DNA of 32,000 nucleotides from Synechococcus elongatus PCC 6301 (GTDB lineage: Bacteria; Cyanobacteriota; Cyanobacteriia; Synechococcales; Synechococcaceae). This document shows positions 18,957-27,565 of this stretch, in pieces. The position numbers and the translations under genes are program-made. Location of the stretch: the NCBI RefSeq assembly GCF_000010065.1, contig NC_006576.1:630001-662000 (forward strand). The letters run 5' to 3'. Each line of letters starts with the position of its first letter. Position 1 is the stretch's first letter. The notes beneath the pieces were generated by a model that was not told where the DNA came from, did no database searches, and saw only the letters and a list, made by a program, of their open reading frames with translations.

Positions 18957-19166
18957 GGTCTCCAGTCGCGTCTGGCAGATTGTTCCAAGCCACTGCTCAG
19001 GGAGGAATTGACCTTGATTTTGACATCCGATCGCAGTCTCTGACTGTTTGGATTGTGACGATCGCTCCGCAACTCAGCCTAAGATCGACAGAAAGTTGGG
19101 GCAGCTCACCGCCGTCATTGCAGTGCGCGTTGTCCCCTTTCTACTGAGGCCCTAGTCCGTCTTCGG

Positions 19167-19547
19167 GTGAACACCTACGACCAAATCTACGCAGTCGTTC
19201 GCCAAATTCCGGTGGGCTGCGTCGCGACCTACGGACAAGTGGCGACCCTAGCCGGGCTGCCCGGAAAACCCCGTGTAGTCGGCTATGCCCTCTATCGAGT
19301 CGCTCCCGGTCTGACCGACTCCATTCCTTGGCATCGGGTAGTCAATGCTCGGGGAGCAGTCTCCATGTCTGCGCTGCGGCATGGCAGTGACTATTTGCAG
19401 CGCCACCTGCTCGAAGCCGAAGGAATCGAATTTGACCCGCAAGGACGCCTCAGTCTCCACCGCTACCGCTGGCAGCCCGACTTTGCCTCGCCCCAGTCGG
19501 GGGAATGCCCGTTGGGTAGCATTTCAAACCCTGACAACGATTCGTGA
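19167..19547 (+). CDS. Alkyltransferase-like (ATL) protein: MGMT DNA-binding domain with Trp replacing the acceptor Cys
   Basis: YGQVATLAG helix-turn-helix and IPWHRVVNARG, where PWHRV (W codon at 19329-19331) replaces the catalytic PCHRV of O6-alkylguanine-DNA alkyltransferases. GTG start. Confidence 0.8.
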   Translation: MNTYDQIYAVVRQIPVGCVATYGQVATLAGLPGKPRVVGYALYRVAPGLTDSIPWHRVVNARGAVSMSALRHGSDYLQRHLLEAEGIEFDPQGRLSLHRYRWQPDFASPQSGECPLGSISNPDNDS

Positions 19548-20838
19548 GGGGGCGTTTGCAGATCTGGCCCTCGATCGCCATCTGCAGCGCTCGGGCTTAG
19601 TTGGGGCCGATCGCCGCTTGGTGACGGAACTGGTCTACGGCTGTGTGCGGCGGCAGCGCACCTTGGATGCCCTGATTGACCTGCTGGCCCAACGACCTGC
19701 AGCCCAGCAACCGCCGGTGTTGCGGACAGTGTTGCAACTGGGGCTCTACCAATTGCGCTACCTCGAGCAGATTCCGACAGCGGCGGCTGTGGCGGAAACT
19801 GTGCAGCTTGCCAAGCAACTGGGTTTGGGTGGTCTGTCTGGAGCCGTCAACGCCATTTTGCGCCAGTATCTCCGCCAATCTGAGGAACGCGATCCGCTGC
19901 CGCTCCCGAGTGATCCGATCGCGGCTTTAGCGATTCATCAAAGCTTTCCCGACTGGCTAGTCCAGCTCTGGAGCGATCGCCTGGGCTTGGACGAAGCCGA
20001 ATTTCTCTGCCACTGGTTCAACCAGCCGCCCAGCAACGACCTGCGAATCAATCCGCTCCGGACTGAGCGATCGCAAGTGCAAGCTGCGTTAGAAGCCGTA
20101 GGGATTCGCAGTACGCCCGACCCGCAACTGCCCCAAGCCCTGCGACTAATCGACCCGCCCGGCCCAATTCGACAGCTTCCAGGCTTTGACGAAGGCTGGT
20201 GGATGGTCCAAGACAGCAGCGCTCAACTGATTGCCCATCTAGTTGATCCGCAGCCGGGTGAAACGGTGTTGGATGTCTGTGCCGCGCCGGGGGGGAAATC
20301 AACCCACTTGGCGGAATTGATGGGCGATCGCGGTCAAGTGATTGCCTGCGATTCATCCGCCAAGCGCCTGCGCAAGGTACAAGAAAATGCCCAGCGTCTG
20401 CAGTTGAGCAGCATCACCACTCGCGCGATCGATGGCCGTCAGATCAAGGGTATTCAGGCCGATCGCATTTTGGTCGATGCCCCCTGTTCAGGTTTAGGGA
20501 TACTTCATCGTCATGCCGATGGCCGTTGGCGGCAGAGTCCTGACAGTGTGGCGGAACTGGCGCAGTTACAGTCTGAAATTCTGGACGCTGCAGCGGCTTG
20601 CCTAAAACCGGCGGGAACTTTGGTCTACGCCACTTGCACGCTTCATCCTGCGGAGAATGAGGCAGTGATTGAGCAGTTTTTGCAGCGCCATCCCGACTGG
20701 CAGATGGCTCCCTTAGCGGCTGATAGTCCCTTCCAAGCTTGGGCAGAGGCCAACGGCACTCTGCGGATTTGGCCACATCGTCACGATCGCGATGGCTTTT
20801 TTGGGGCACGACTGCAGCGATCGCCCGCCCGTGACTAG
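19483..20838 (+). CDS. rsmB: 16S rRNA (cytosine967-C5)-methyltransferase RsmB/Sun
   Basis: A NusB-like N-terminus (ARWVAFQTLTTI...), then SAM motifs DVCAAPGGKSTH, DAPCSGLG and ATCTLHPAENE. The start is uncertain. TTG 19483 is chosen to minimise overlap with the ATL gene. The in-frame ATG 19345 would overlap it by 203 nt. Confidence 0.85.
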   Translation: MPRPSRGNARWVAFQTLTTIREGAFADLALDRHLQRSGLVGADRRLVTELVYGCVRRQRTLDALIDLLAQRPAAQQPPVLRTVLQLGLYQLRYLEQIPTAAAVAETVQLAKQLGLGGLSGAVNAILRQYLRQSEERDPLPLPSDPIAALAIHQSFPDWLVQLWSDRLGLDEAEFLCHWFNQPPSNDLRINPLRTERSQVQAALEAVGIRSTPDPQLPQALRLIDPPGPIRQLPGFDEGWWMVQDSSAQLIAHLVDPQPGETVLDVCAAPGGKSTHLAELMGDRGQVIACDSSAKRLRKVQENAQRLQLSSITTRAIDGRQIKGIQADRILVDAPCSGLGILHRHADGRWRQSPDSVAELAQLQSEILDAAAACLKPAGTLVYATCTLHPAENEAVIEQFLQRHPDWQMAPLAADSPFQAWAEANGTLRIWPHRHDRDGFFGARLQRSPARD

Positions 20839-20855
20839 TGTCTACTGACAAAGAC

Positions 20856-21869
20856 TTAGTTTGCTTCTGCTCCAGCCGGTGCGGATACGGGCAGGAAACG
20901 ACCAACCTCATTTCTGAGCCAGTCCCAGCCATTGCTCGAGACTGTGGGTGGCGTCACCTCTTGGGCAACCCAAGCATCAATCGCGTTGTAGTCCGGCAAC
21001 CAATAGCTAATCGCATAGCTGCTACCGCTGGGTTGTCCCGGCAGGGTCGAAACCTCAACAGGCTTACCGCTAGCTAGAAAAGCGGTGATTGCCAACACTT
21101 CCGCACCGCTCAAGTTGCTGTCGATATAGGGCTGACTCAAGGCCACCCCAAGCGGCACCCGTAGGATGCCCAGAGGATTCAGAATCTGTTGTTGCAGCGC
21201 CTTCATTAGAGCCTGCTGCCGTTTAATCCGGCCAACATCGCCCAAGCCATCCTGCCGGAAGCGCAGGAATTGGACTGCCCGATCGCCCCAGAGATGTTGC
21301 TGCCCCGGCTTGAGATCAATGGTCAGGTTTTGGGTGACATCTCGGTACTGCATTCGCTCTGGCACTGTGACGGTCAGGCCGCCGATGCCATCAATAAACC
21401 GCGCGATCGCCCGTTGCTCAACGCGGATGTAGCGATCGATGGTGACTTTGCCCAGCAAACTTTGTATGGTCTCAGCCGCCAAGACGGGACCGCCGTAGAC
21501 ATTAGCTGCATTGGTCTTGTCGATGCCATAGCCCGGCAATTCCGTGCGCGTATCCCGCGGCAGCGATACCACCAGCGATCGCCCGCGTTGTGGGTCGAGA
21601 TAGACAAACAACATCGTGTCGCTGCGGCCCCGAAACATCGCCTCGGGCGAAGCTTCGGGGTCAGGCACTTGATCTACCCCCAAGATCAAGAGACTGAAGG
21701 GTCGCTGTAAACCCGTTAGACCGAGGAGCGGTTGACTCGAAGCGGTTGGTAGGCGATCGCCGTTGTTGACTTTGCGCAGGGGCAATGGCTGGAGTCCAAA
21801 CCAAACACAACCGGCCAGAAGTCCCACCGCAGTGAGCTGCAGGCTGCGTTTCCAAAAGCGACGCGCCAT
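20856..21869 (-). CDS. LytR-CpsA-Psr (LCP) family protein with N-terminal membrane anchor
   Basis: An N-terminal transmembrane helix, then LILGVDQ, RSDTMLFVYLDP, VSLPRDT and NAANVYGG motifs of the LCP phosphotransferase family. Confidence 0.88.
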   Translation of the reverse strand: MARRFWKRSLQLTAVGLLAGCVWFGLQPLPLRKVNNGDRLPTASSQPLLGLTGLQRPFSLLILGVDQVPDPEASPEAMFRGRSDTMLFVYLDPQRGRSLVVSLPRDTRTELPGYGIDKTNAANVYGGPVLAAETIQSLLGKVTIDRYIRVEQRAIARFIDGIGGLTVTVPERMQYRDVTQNLTIDLKPGQQHLWGDRAVQFLRFRQDGLGDVGRIKRQQALMKALQQQILNPLGILRVPLGVALSQPYIDSNLSGAEVLAITAFLASGKPVEVSTLPGQPSGSSYAISYWLPDYNAIDAWVAQEVTPPTVSSNGWDWLRNEVGRFLPVSAPAGAEAN

Positions 21870-21957
21870 AGGAGTTTTGAGGAGGCGGAATCTAGACTAG
21901 CGCTTCTGCGATCGCAGGATTATCGGTGGACGGTCGCTCGGCTGAGCTGGCACAAAC

Positions 21958-23145
21958 CTAGCTGGGGCGAATCGCTTTTCCAGTTTCTAAATCAAACAGA
22001 TGAATCTGATCGGGCTTGAAGGTTAGCCAGAGGCGATCGCCCATCTGCCAGCATTGTTGCGGTGCCAAGCGGGCCTGAACCGCGATGCCACTCTCTTTGA
22101 GTTCACCAGCGATAAAGGTATCGCTGCCGAGGGCTTCGACGCCCGTTACAGTGATCAGCAAGTTCTTCGAGGCGGCAGCCCCCACTTCCAAATGCTCTGG
22201 GCGAATGCCGAGCTCCACCGTTTGGCCGTCGTAAAGGCGCAACACCGGCTCCCAAGCTTCCGGCAGTGTGCAGCGAAAGTTTTCAGTCGTCAGTTGCAGG
22301 GGTGCCCGCACGGTGACGGGAATTAGGTTCATCGGCGGCGATCCAATGAATTGCGCCACAAATCGATTGGCGGGGCGATCGTAGATTTCCAGCGGCGAAG
22401 CAACCTGTTGCAGATGACCACGATTCAACACCGCAATGCGATCGCCCATGGTCATTGCTTCGGTCTGATCGTGGGTGACGTAGAGCGTCGTCACACCCAG
22501 TTGCCGCTGGAGCGAAACGATCTGAGCGCGGGTTTCGGCCCGTAATTTCGCATCCAAATTCGAAAGCGGCTCGTCCATCAAAAAGACTTGGGGATTACGA
22601 GCGATCGCCCGTCCCAAAGCGACCCGTTGTTTTTGGCCGCCCGAGAGTTGTTTGGGCTGGCGATCGAGCAACGTATCGAGCTGCAGCATTGTGGCCACTT
22701 CCCGTACCCGCCGCTTGATCCGCGCTTCCTGCTCCGGTTCATACTGCAAGGATTTCGGCAGCGATCGCGTCGCCAGAGCCAGTTGCTGTTGCCACCAAGG
22801 GCGATCGCCCTGCCGTCGCAGTCCAAAGGCCAGATTGTCGTAGACGCTGAGGTGGGGATAGAGCGCGTAGCTCTGAAAGACCATGGCAATATCGCGAGCC
22901 TTGGCAGGCAGTCGATCGACTCGGCGATCGCCCACTTTGATCAAGCCTCGGCTGGGCGTCTCCAGACCTGCCAGCAGCCGTAACAGCGTACTTTTGCCAC
23001 AGCCCGAAGGACCGACCACGACCATAAATTCGCCGTCGGCAATTTCGAGATTGATGCCATTCAGGACGACAACTTCGCCTTTCTGGGGCGATCGGGCCTG
23101 TTCTGGAAAACGCTTCTCGATCTCTTCAAAAACAACGCCAGCCAC
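21958..23145 (-). CDS. ABC transporter ATP-binding protein, MalK/UgpC-like sugar-importer ATPase with C-terminal regulatory (TOBE-like) domain
   Basis: Walker A GPSGCGKST, Q-loop VFQSYALYPH, signature LSGGQKQRV, Walker B FLMDEPLSNLD and H-loop YVTHD. The start is moved to GTG 23145 (MAGVVFEEI...). The track start at 23262 would overlap the divergent obgE start. Confidence 0.9.
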   Translation of the reverse strand: MAGVVFEEIEKRFPEQARSPQKGEVVVLNGINLEIADGEFMVVVGPSGCGKSTLLRLLAGLETPSRGLIKVGDRRVDRLPAKARDIAMVFQSYALYPHLSVYDNLAFGLRRQGDRPWWQQQLALATRSLPKSLQYEPEQEARIKRRVREVATMLQLDTLLDRQPKQLSGGQKQRVALGRAIARNPQVFLMDEPLSNLDAKLRAETRAQIVSLQRQLGVTTLYVTHDQTEAMTMGDRIAVLNRGHLQQVASPLEIYDRPANRFVAQFIGSPPMNLIPVTVRAPLQLTTENFRCTLPEAWEPVLRLYDGQTVELGIRPEHLEVGAAASKNLLITVTGVEALGSDTFIAGELKESGIAVQARLAPQQCWQMGDRLWLTFKPDQIHLFDLETGKAIRPS

Positions 23146-23244
23146 GTTGCAATCCCGGCCAAAGGTCGGGAACAGCTTAGCACTCGTGACTCGAGCGGCC
23201 GAGCGCGGCAACCGCCTAAAATGAAAGTTTGATTCCTCACCGCC

Positions 23245-24276
23245 ATGCAGTTCATTGATCACGCCACAATCTGCGTCAAAGCAGGCGATGGAGGCGATGG
23301 CATTGTGGCATTCCGCCGAGAAAAATATGTGCCGGCTGGCGGGCCTTCCGGCGGTAATGGTGGCCGTGGCGGCTCTGTCATTTTAGTGGCGACAGAACAA
23401 CTGCAAACCCTGCTTGATTTTCGCTATCTCCGCCTCTTCAAAGCGCAGGATGGGGAGCGGGGCGGCCCAAAAGGCATGACTGGTGCCAGTGCTGACGACT
23501 TAATCATTCAAGTGCCCTGTGGCACAGCGGTGTATGACGCCGAAACAGATGAGTGCCTCGGTGATCTCACCAGTGCTGGCCAAACTCTCCAAGTGGCGCA
23601 AGGTGGCAAGGGCGGGTTGGGCAACCAGCATTTTTTGAGCAACAGCAATCGCGCTCCTGAACACGCTCTGCCCGGATTGCCGGGGGAAGAACGGCAGCTG
23701 CGGCTGGAGCTGAAGTTGCTGGCGGAAGTGGGATTGATTGGCTTGCCCAACGCGGGTAAATCGATGCTGATTTCCGTTCTCTCTGCAGCTAAACCCAAGA
23801 TTGCCGATTACCCGTTTACAACGCTGGTACCCAACTTGGGTGTGGTGCGGCGGGAAACCGGCGATGGCACCGTCTTTGCCGATATTCCGGGCTTGATCGA
23901 AGGAGCCCATCGGGGTGCCGGATTGGGGCATGATTTCCTGCGCCACATTGAGCGGACGCGCCTGCTGATTCATCTCGTGGATCTGACCGCTGAAGATCCG
24001 ATCGCTGACTGGCGAACGATTCAGGCGGAACTGAAAGCCTACGGGCGCGGCTTGAGCGATCGCCCCCAGATTCTCGCTCTCAATAAAATCGACGCGGTAC
24101 TTGATGAGGATCTCAGCTTCTGGCAAGCCGAATTTCAAGCACTGACACCGGTGCCGCTGCTCTGCATTTCCAGTGCCGATCGCCGGGGCCTCGATGCCTT
24201 GTTGCGCCTGGTCTGGCAGTGGCTGGATGAACTGGATGCGGCGGCAGAGCTCAGTGAAACGCGGGTTTTGAACTGA
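23245..24276 (+). CDS. obgE: GTPase Obg/CgtA
   Basis: [19 protein letters not shown] Obg-fold glycine-rich N-terminus, followed by G1 GLPNAGKS, G3 DIPGLIEGA and G4 NKID. Confidence 0.96.
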   Translation: MQFIDHATICVKAGDGGDGIVAFRREKYVPAGGPSGGNGGRGGSVILVATEQLQTLLDFRYLRLFKAQDGERGGPKGMTGASADDLIIQVPCGTAVYDAETDECLGDLTSAGQTLQVAQGGKGGLGNQHFLSNSNRAPEHALPGLPGEERQLRLELKLLAEVGLIGLPNAGKSMLISVLSAAKPKIADYPFTTLVPNLGVVRRETGDGTVFADIPGLIEGAHRGAGLGHDFLRHIERTRLLIHLVDLTAEDPIADWRTIQAELKAYGRGLSDRPQILALNKIDAVLDEDLSFWQAEFQALTPVPLLCISSADRRGLDALLRLVWQWLDELDAAAELSETRVLN

Positions 24277-24450
24277 AACAACAGGCAGTTGATTGATCGA
24301 TCATTACCCTGCTGTAATCACGCGATCGCTTGCTGGTAAACCCTGAATTGGCAAACACTGGGAATATTCTGTGCACTCTCAGCCTGAGTGCCGCAGCCCT
24401 TGGCTTTCTCTAGGTGCTGCCTGTTCCTAAAGACCTTGTATTAATTGGCT

Positions 24451-25080
24451 ATGTCGAGTCTCACCGTGCCCGATCGCTTCCCTACTGAGTCCTCAACCGC
24501 GATCGCCTTAGGGGTTCTGGCCTCTGGCAATGGCAGCAATTTTGAAGCCCTGGCGCAGGCGATCACGGCAGATCAGCTGCAGGCGGAGATTCGGCTGTTG
24601 ATCTACAACAATCCTGATGCTTATGTGCGCCAGCGAGCTGAGCGGTTGGGGATTCCCGCCTTGCTCCTAGATCATCGCCAGTTTGCCAGTCGCGAGGATT
24701 TGGATCAGGCGATCATTACGGCGTTTCGCAATCGCGGCGTCGAGTGGATAGCGATGGCAGGTTGGATGCGACTGGTCACGGAAACGCTGATTCAGGCCTT
24801 TCCCGAGCGAATTATCAACATCCACCCCAGCTTGCTGCCTAGCTTTAAGGGAATCCGAGCTGTGGAGCAGGCGATCGCGGCCAAGGTGCGGATCAGTGGC
24901 TGTACTGCCCACTTAGTCACGCTCGATGTGGACAGCGGCCCGATTTTGGTGCAAGCGGCTGTGCCTGTATTGCCGGACGATACGGTCGATAGTCTCCAGC
25001 AGCGGATCCAAGTGGAAGAGCATAAGATTTTGCCGCTGGCGATCGCCCTTGCTGCTGCGCGATCGCCCCTGCCGGTTTAG
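24451..25080 (+). CDS. purN: Phosphoribosylglycinamide formyltransferase
   Basis: LASGNGSNFEAL, AGWMRLV and NIHPSLLPSFKG motifs. ATG 24451 is preferred over TTG 24445. Confidence 0.93.
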   Translation: MSSLTVPDRFPTESSTAIALGVLASGNGSNFEALAQAITADQLQAEIRLLIYNNPDAYVRQRAERLGIPALLLDHRQFASREDLDQAIITAFRNRGVEWIAMAGWMRLVTETLIQAFPERIINIHPSLLPSFKGIRAVEQAIAAKVRISGCTAHLVTLDVDSGPILVQAAVPVLPDDTVDSLQQRIQVEEHKILPLAIALAAARSPLPV

Positions 25081-25086
25081 CAGTTC

Positions 25087-25734
25087 CTAAAACTCGATAC
25101 CGGCTTGCGCTTTCACACCCTGCTCTCGGAACGGGTGCTTGACTAGCTTCATTTCGGTGACTAAATCTGCCACCTCGACGAGGGCAGCCGGTGCTCCGCG
25201 CCCAGTCAGAATCACGTGATTGTCGTCAGGCTTTTCAGTCAATCCAGCCAGAATTTGCTCGGGCGAGAGGTAGCCGAGTTTGAGGGCGACATTGACTTCA
25301 TCGAGCAGTACCAGACGAAAATCGGGATTGCGGATGTAGCTGAGAGCCGTCTGCCAAGCCGTTTGAGCGCTTTGAATGTCACGTTGCCGATCTTGGGTTT
25401 CCCACGTGAAACCGTCACCCATAGCGTGAAACTCGAGGCGATCGCCCCAGACCGCAAAGGCGGCTTTTTCTGCGGGTTCCCAAGCACCTTTAATGAACTG
25501 CACGATCGCGACACGATGGCCATGACCGAGACTGCGCAGCACCATGCCCAAGGCGGCTGTGGTCTTGCCCTTACCGTCGCCGGTGTGGACAATCACCAGC
25601 CCTTTTTCGCGATCGCGACTCGCTAAACGCTGTTCCTGCACCTGTTTTCGGCGCAACATTTTGGCACGATGCTGTTCGTCACTGAGACCAGCAACTTCAT
25701 TGAGGGCGATCGCAGTTTGATCTAAATCTGTCAT
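25087..25734 (-). CDS. cobO: Cob(I)yrinic acid a,c-diamide adenosyltransferase (CobO/BtuR type)
   Basis: P-loop HTGDGKGKTTAALG, VAIVQFIKG and VLLDEVN motifs. It starts 3 nt after the stop of the upstream COG0523 gene, which suggests an operon. Confidence 0.93.
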   Translation of the reverse strand: MTDLDQTAIALNEVAGLSDEQHRAKMLRRKQVQEQRLASRDREKGLVIVHTGDGKGKTTAALGMVLRSLGHGHRVAIVQFIKGAWEPAEKAAFAVWGDRLEFHAMGDGFTWETQDRQRDIQSAQTAWQTALSYIRNPDFRLVLLDEVNVALKLGYLSPEQILAGLTEKPDDNHVILTGRGAPAALVEVADLVTEMKLVKHPFREQGVKAQAGIEF

Positions 25735-25737
25735 GGT

Positions 25738-26880
25738 TTAGCGACCAAAGCCCTTGCCCCGAGTCGTACTCGGTAGCGTCAGACATGCTTCAAGTTGCTG
25801 TTGCAATTCGGCATGATCAAGACCTTGGCCAATCAACACTAATTGATTGCGCTTTGGCCCAGTCCACTCACTGTCATCAATGCTGAAGCGCTTGCCACTC
25901 AGATGGAAAATATGACGTTTGGCACTCTCATCAAACCAAAGAATTCCTTTGGCTCGAAAAACGCTGGTCGGTAATTGATTGTCGAGAAAATGCTGCAATT
26001 TCCGAATCGCGAAGGGGCGATCGCTCTGGAAGGAGAGCGAGGTAAAGCCATCAATTTCTAGGTGATTGGCAGCATGCTCATGGTGGTGGTCATGATCATG
26101 CTCGCAATGGCCGTGGTCATGATCACAGGCTGAATGATCGTGATGATTATGCTCATGGTGATCGTGAGCTTCGTGAGTGCAATGCCCATGATCATGGTCA
26201 CAATCGCTGTGGTCACGACTATCGAAGTAGCGATCGGATTCAAACAGCGCCACGCTCAGAATCAACGGCAAGGGCACTTGCGCCTGCGTTGTCCGCAACA
26301 GCCGTGCATCAGCTTTGATCTCACGGATTTTTGCTTCTAGCTCTTGCAAGCGCGATTCAGACACGAGGTCACACTTATTCAAGAGGATGATGTCGCCGTA
26401 GAGCAGCTGATTATAAGCTGCTTGGCTATTGAAGAGGTCAAGACTATAGTTCTCAGCATCAACAACCGTGACGATGGAATCGAGGCGGGTCAAATCTCTC
26501 AGCTCTGAACCCAAGAAGGTGAGCGCCACGGGCAGGGGATCGGCTAAACCCGTTGTTTCGACAACGAGATAGTCGATTTTTTCAGGGCGTTCCAAGACCC
26601 GATAGACCGCATCCATCAAGTCGCTATTGATGGTGCAGCAGATGCAACCGTTGCTCAGTTCCACCATGTCTTCGCTGGTGGACACAATCAGCTCATTATC
26701 AATGCCAATTTCGCCAAATTCATTGACAAGAACGGCTGTTTTAACCCCTTGTTGATTGGTCAAAATATGGTTGAGCAGCGTAGTTTTGCCACTGCCCAAG
26801 AAACCGGTGATGATTGTGACCGGCAGGCCGAGCTTGGGAGCATCGAGGGCGCTAGCGACGGCAGAGCTGGCAACAGTCAT
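25738..26880 (-). CDS. COG0523 (CobW/ZigA/YeiR-type) G3E-family metallochaperone GTPase with His/Asp/Cys-rich insert
   Basis: Walker A GFLGSGKTTLLN, the metal-binding CxCC motif GCICCT, and NKCD. A 50-residue HDC-rich segment (26062-26217) contains CDHDHGHC twice. Confidence 0.92.
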   Translation of the reverse strand: MTVASSAVASALDAPKLGLPVTIITGFLGSGKTTLLNHILTNQQGVKTAVLVNEFGEIGIDNELIVSTSEDMVELSNGCICCTINSDLMDAVYRVLERPEKIDYLVVETTGLADPLPVALTFLGSELRDLTRLDSIVTVVDAENYSLDLFNSQAAYNQLLYGDIILLNKCDLVSESRLQELEAKIREIKADARLLRTTQAQVPLPLILSVALFESDRYFDSRDHSDCDHDHGHCTHEAHDHHEHNHHDHSACDHDHGHCEHDHDHHHEHAANHLEIDGFTSLSFQSDRPFAIRKLQHFLDNQLPTSVFRAKGILWFDESAKRHIFHLSGKRFSIDDSEWTGPKRNQLVLIGQGLDHAELQQQLEACLTLPSTTRGKGFGR

Positions 26881-26960
26881 GGCAAATTCCGAGACAAACG
26901 ATCGGGCGGCATTGCGATCCCATTATGCCGCTCTCCTTAGGCTTCCTTGGTTGAGTGAGT

Positions 26961-26972
26961 CGATTGCAATCG
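26961..26972. promoter_or_regulatory. Perfect 12-bp palindrome CGATTGCAATCG in the divergent promoter region
   Basis: It is exactly self-complementary. It lies 81 nt upstream of the COG0523 start and 44 nt upstream of the 27016 ORF, and overlaps a TTGCAA -35-like hexamer for the plus-strand gene. Function is not established. Confidence 0.25.
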
Positions 26973-27015
26973 CCCGTGACGGCTGACAATAGAGGTAGCG
27001 ATCGCCCCAGATTCT

Positions 27016-27534
27016 ATGCCGCCAACTTTTGTGACTGACCAAGCTTGGCAAGCAGCCGAAGCGGTTTTGCAGCCCAGTTTCATCCGGCTGATCGACAATC
27101 TGCGGCAGGTTTTGGAAGCGAGTGACTGGCAGCATCAGGTCGATCAGCAACTGCTGTGGCCAGAGGGCACCAGCGACCAAGACCAGCAGCGCTGGCAAGA
27201 TTTAGAGCTGCAACTCTATCGAGCCTCTGAGGAAGAAGCGCCCGCCCTGGAGCAAGAACTAGCCGCTTTACCCACTCCCCAACCGGTCTACACTCTGCAA
27301 CTAGAGCAGGGCGATCGCCACCATCAATTTGACCTGTGGGAGTTATGTTGGCAGTTGTGTTGTCCTGCTTGGCAGCCCAGTGGTGACTACGACGGCCAAG
27401 TCGATCCGGTTTTGCTCACCCCCGATGGCGAGTGCGACTGGGATCAGCTGGAAATCAAAACGCGCCAGTTTGTCGAGCAATTGTTGGCTCGGTTGAACTC
27501 AGCCAGTGAGCCAGAAACCGTCAGCGATCGCTGA
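27016..27534 (+). CDS. Hypothetical acidic Gln/Trp-rich protein
   Basis: A clean 172-aa ORF with host codon usage. I recognise no domain. Confidence 0.65.
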   Translation: MPPTFVTDQAWQAAEAVLQPSFIRLIDNLRQVLEASDWQHQVDQQLLWPEGTSDQDQQRWQDLELQLYRASEEEAPALEQELAALPTPQPVYTLQLEQGDRHHQFDLWELCWQLCCPAWQPSGDYDGQVDPVLLTPDGECDWDQLEIKTRQFVEQLLARLNSASEPETVSDR

Positions 27535-27565
27535 AGATAGAACATGCTGCGCTCAGCCATGCTTT

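Noticed and set aside
19345-19482. The ATG 19345 start for rsmB, giving a 497-aa protein.
   Set aside because: The extra 46 residues lie entirely within the conserved part of the ATL gene in another frame and have no NusB-like similarity. TTG 19483 is preferred. The start remains unproven either way.
23146-23262. A 39-codon N-terminal extension of the ABC ATPase ORF (track start 23262).
   Set aside because: It would overlap the divergent obgE start (23245) and adds non-homologous residues. The canonical ABC N-terminus begins at the GTG 23145 (MAGVVFEEI).
24277-24450. The obgE-purN spacer as a possible 6S-like or riboswitch RNA.
   Set aside because: I recognise no conserved riboswitch core (purine, THF or ZTP-like), and no extended helix could be drawn by eye. 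At 174 bp it is compatible with an ordinary promoter region.
26058-26243. Repetitive CATGATCATG-like DNA with small ORFs on both strands (61 and 68 aa), which looks like a micro-satellite.
   Set aside because: It is the coding sequence of the His/Asp-rich insert of the COG0523 protein, made of CAT/CAC/GAT/GAC codons. The alternative-frame ORFs (MIM/TTT-rich) are artefacts.
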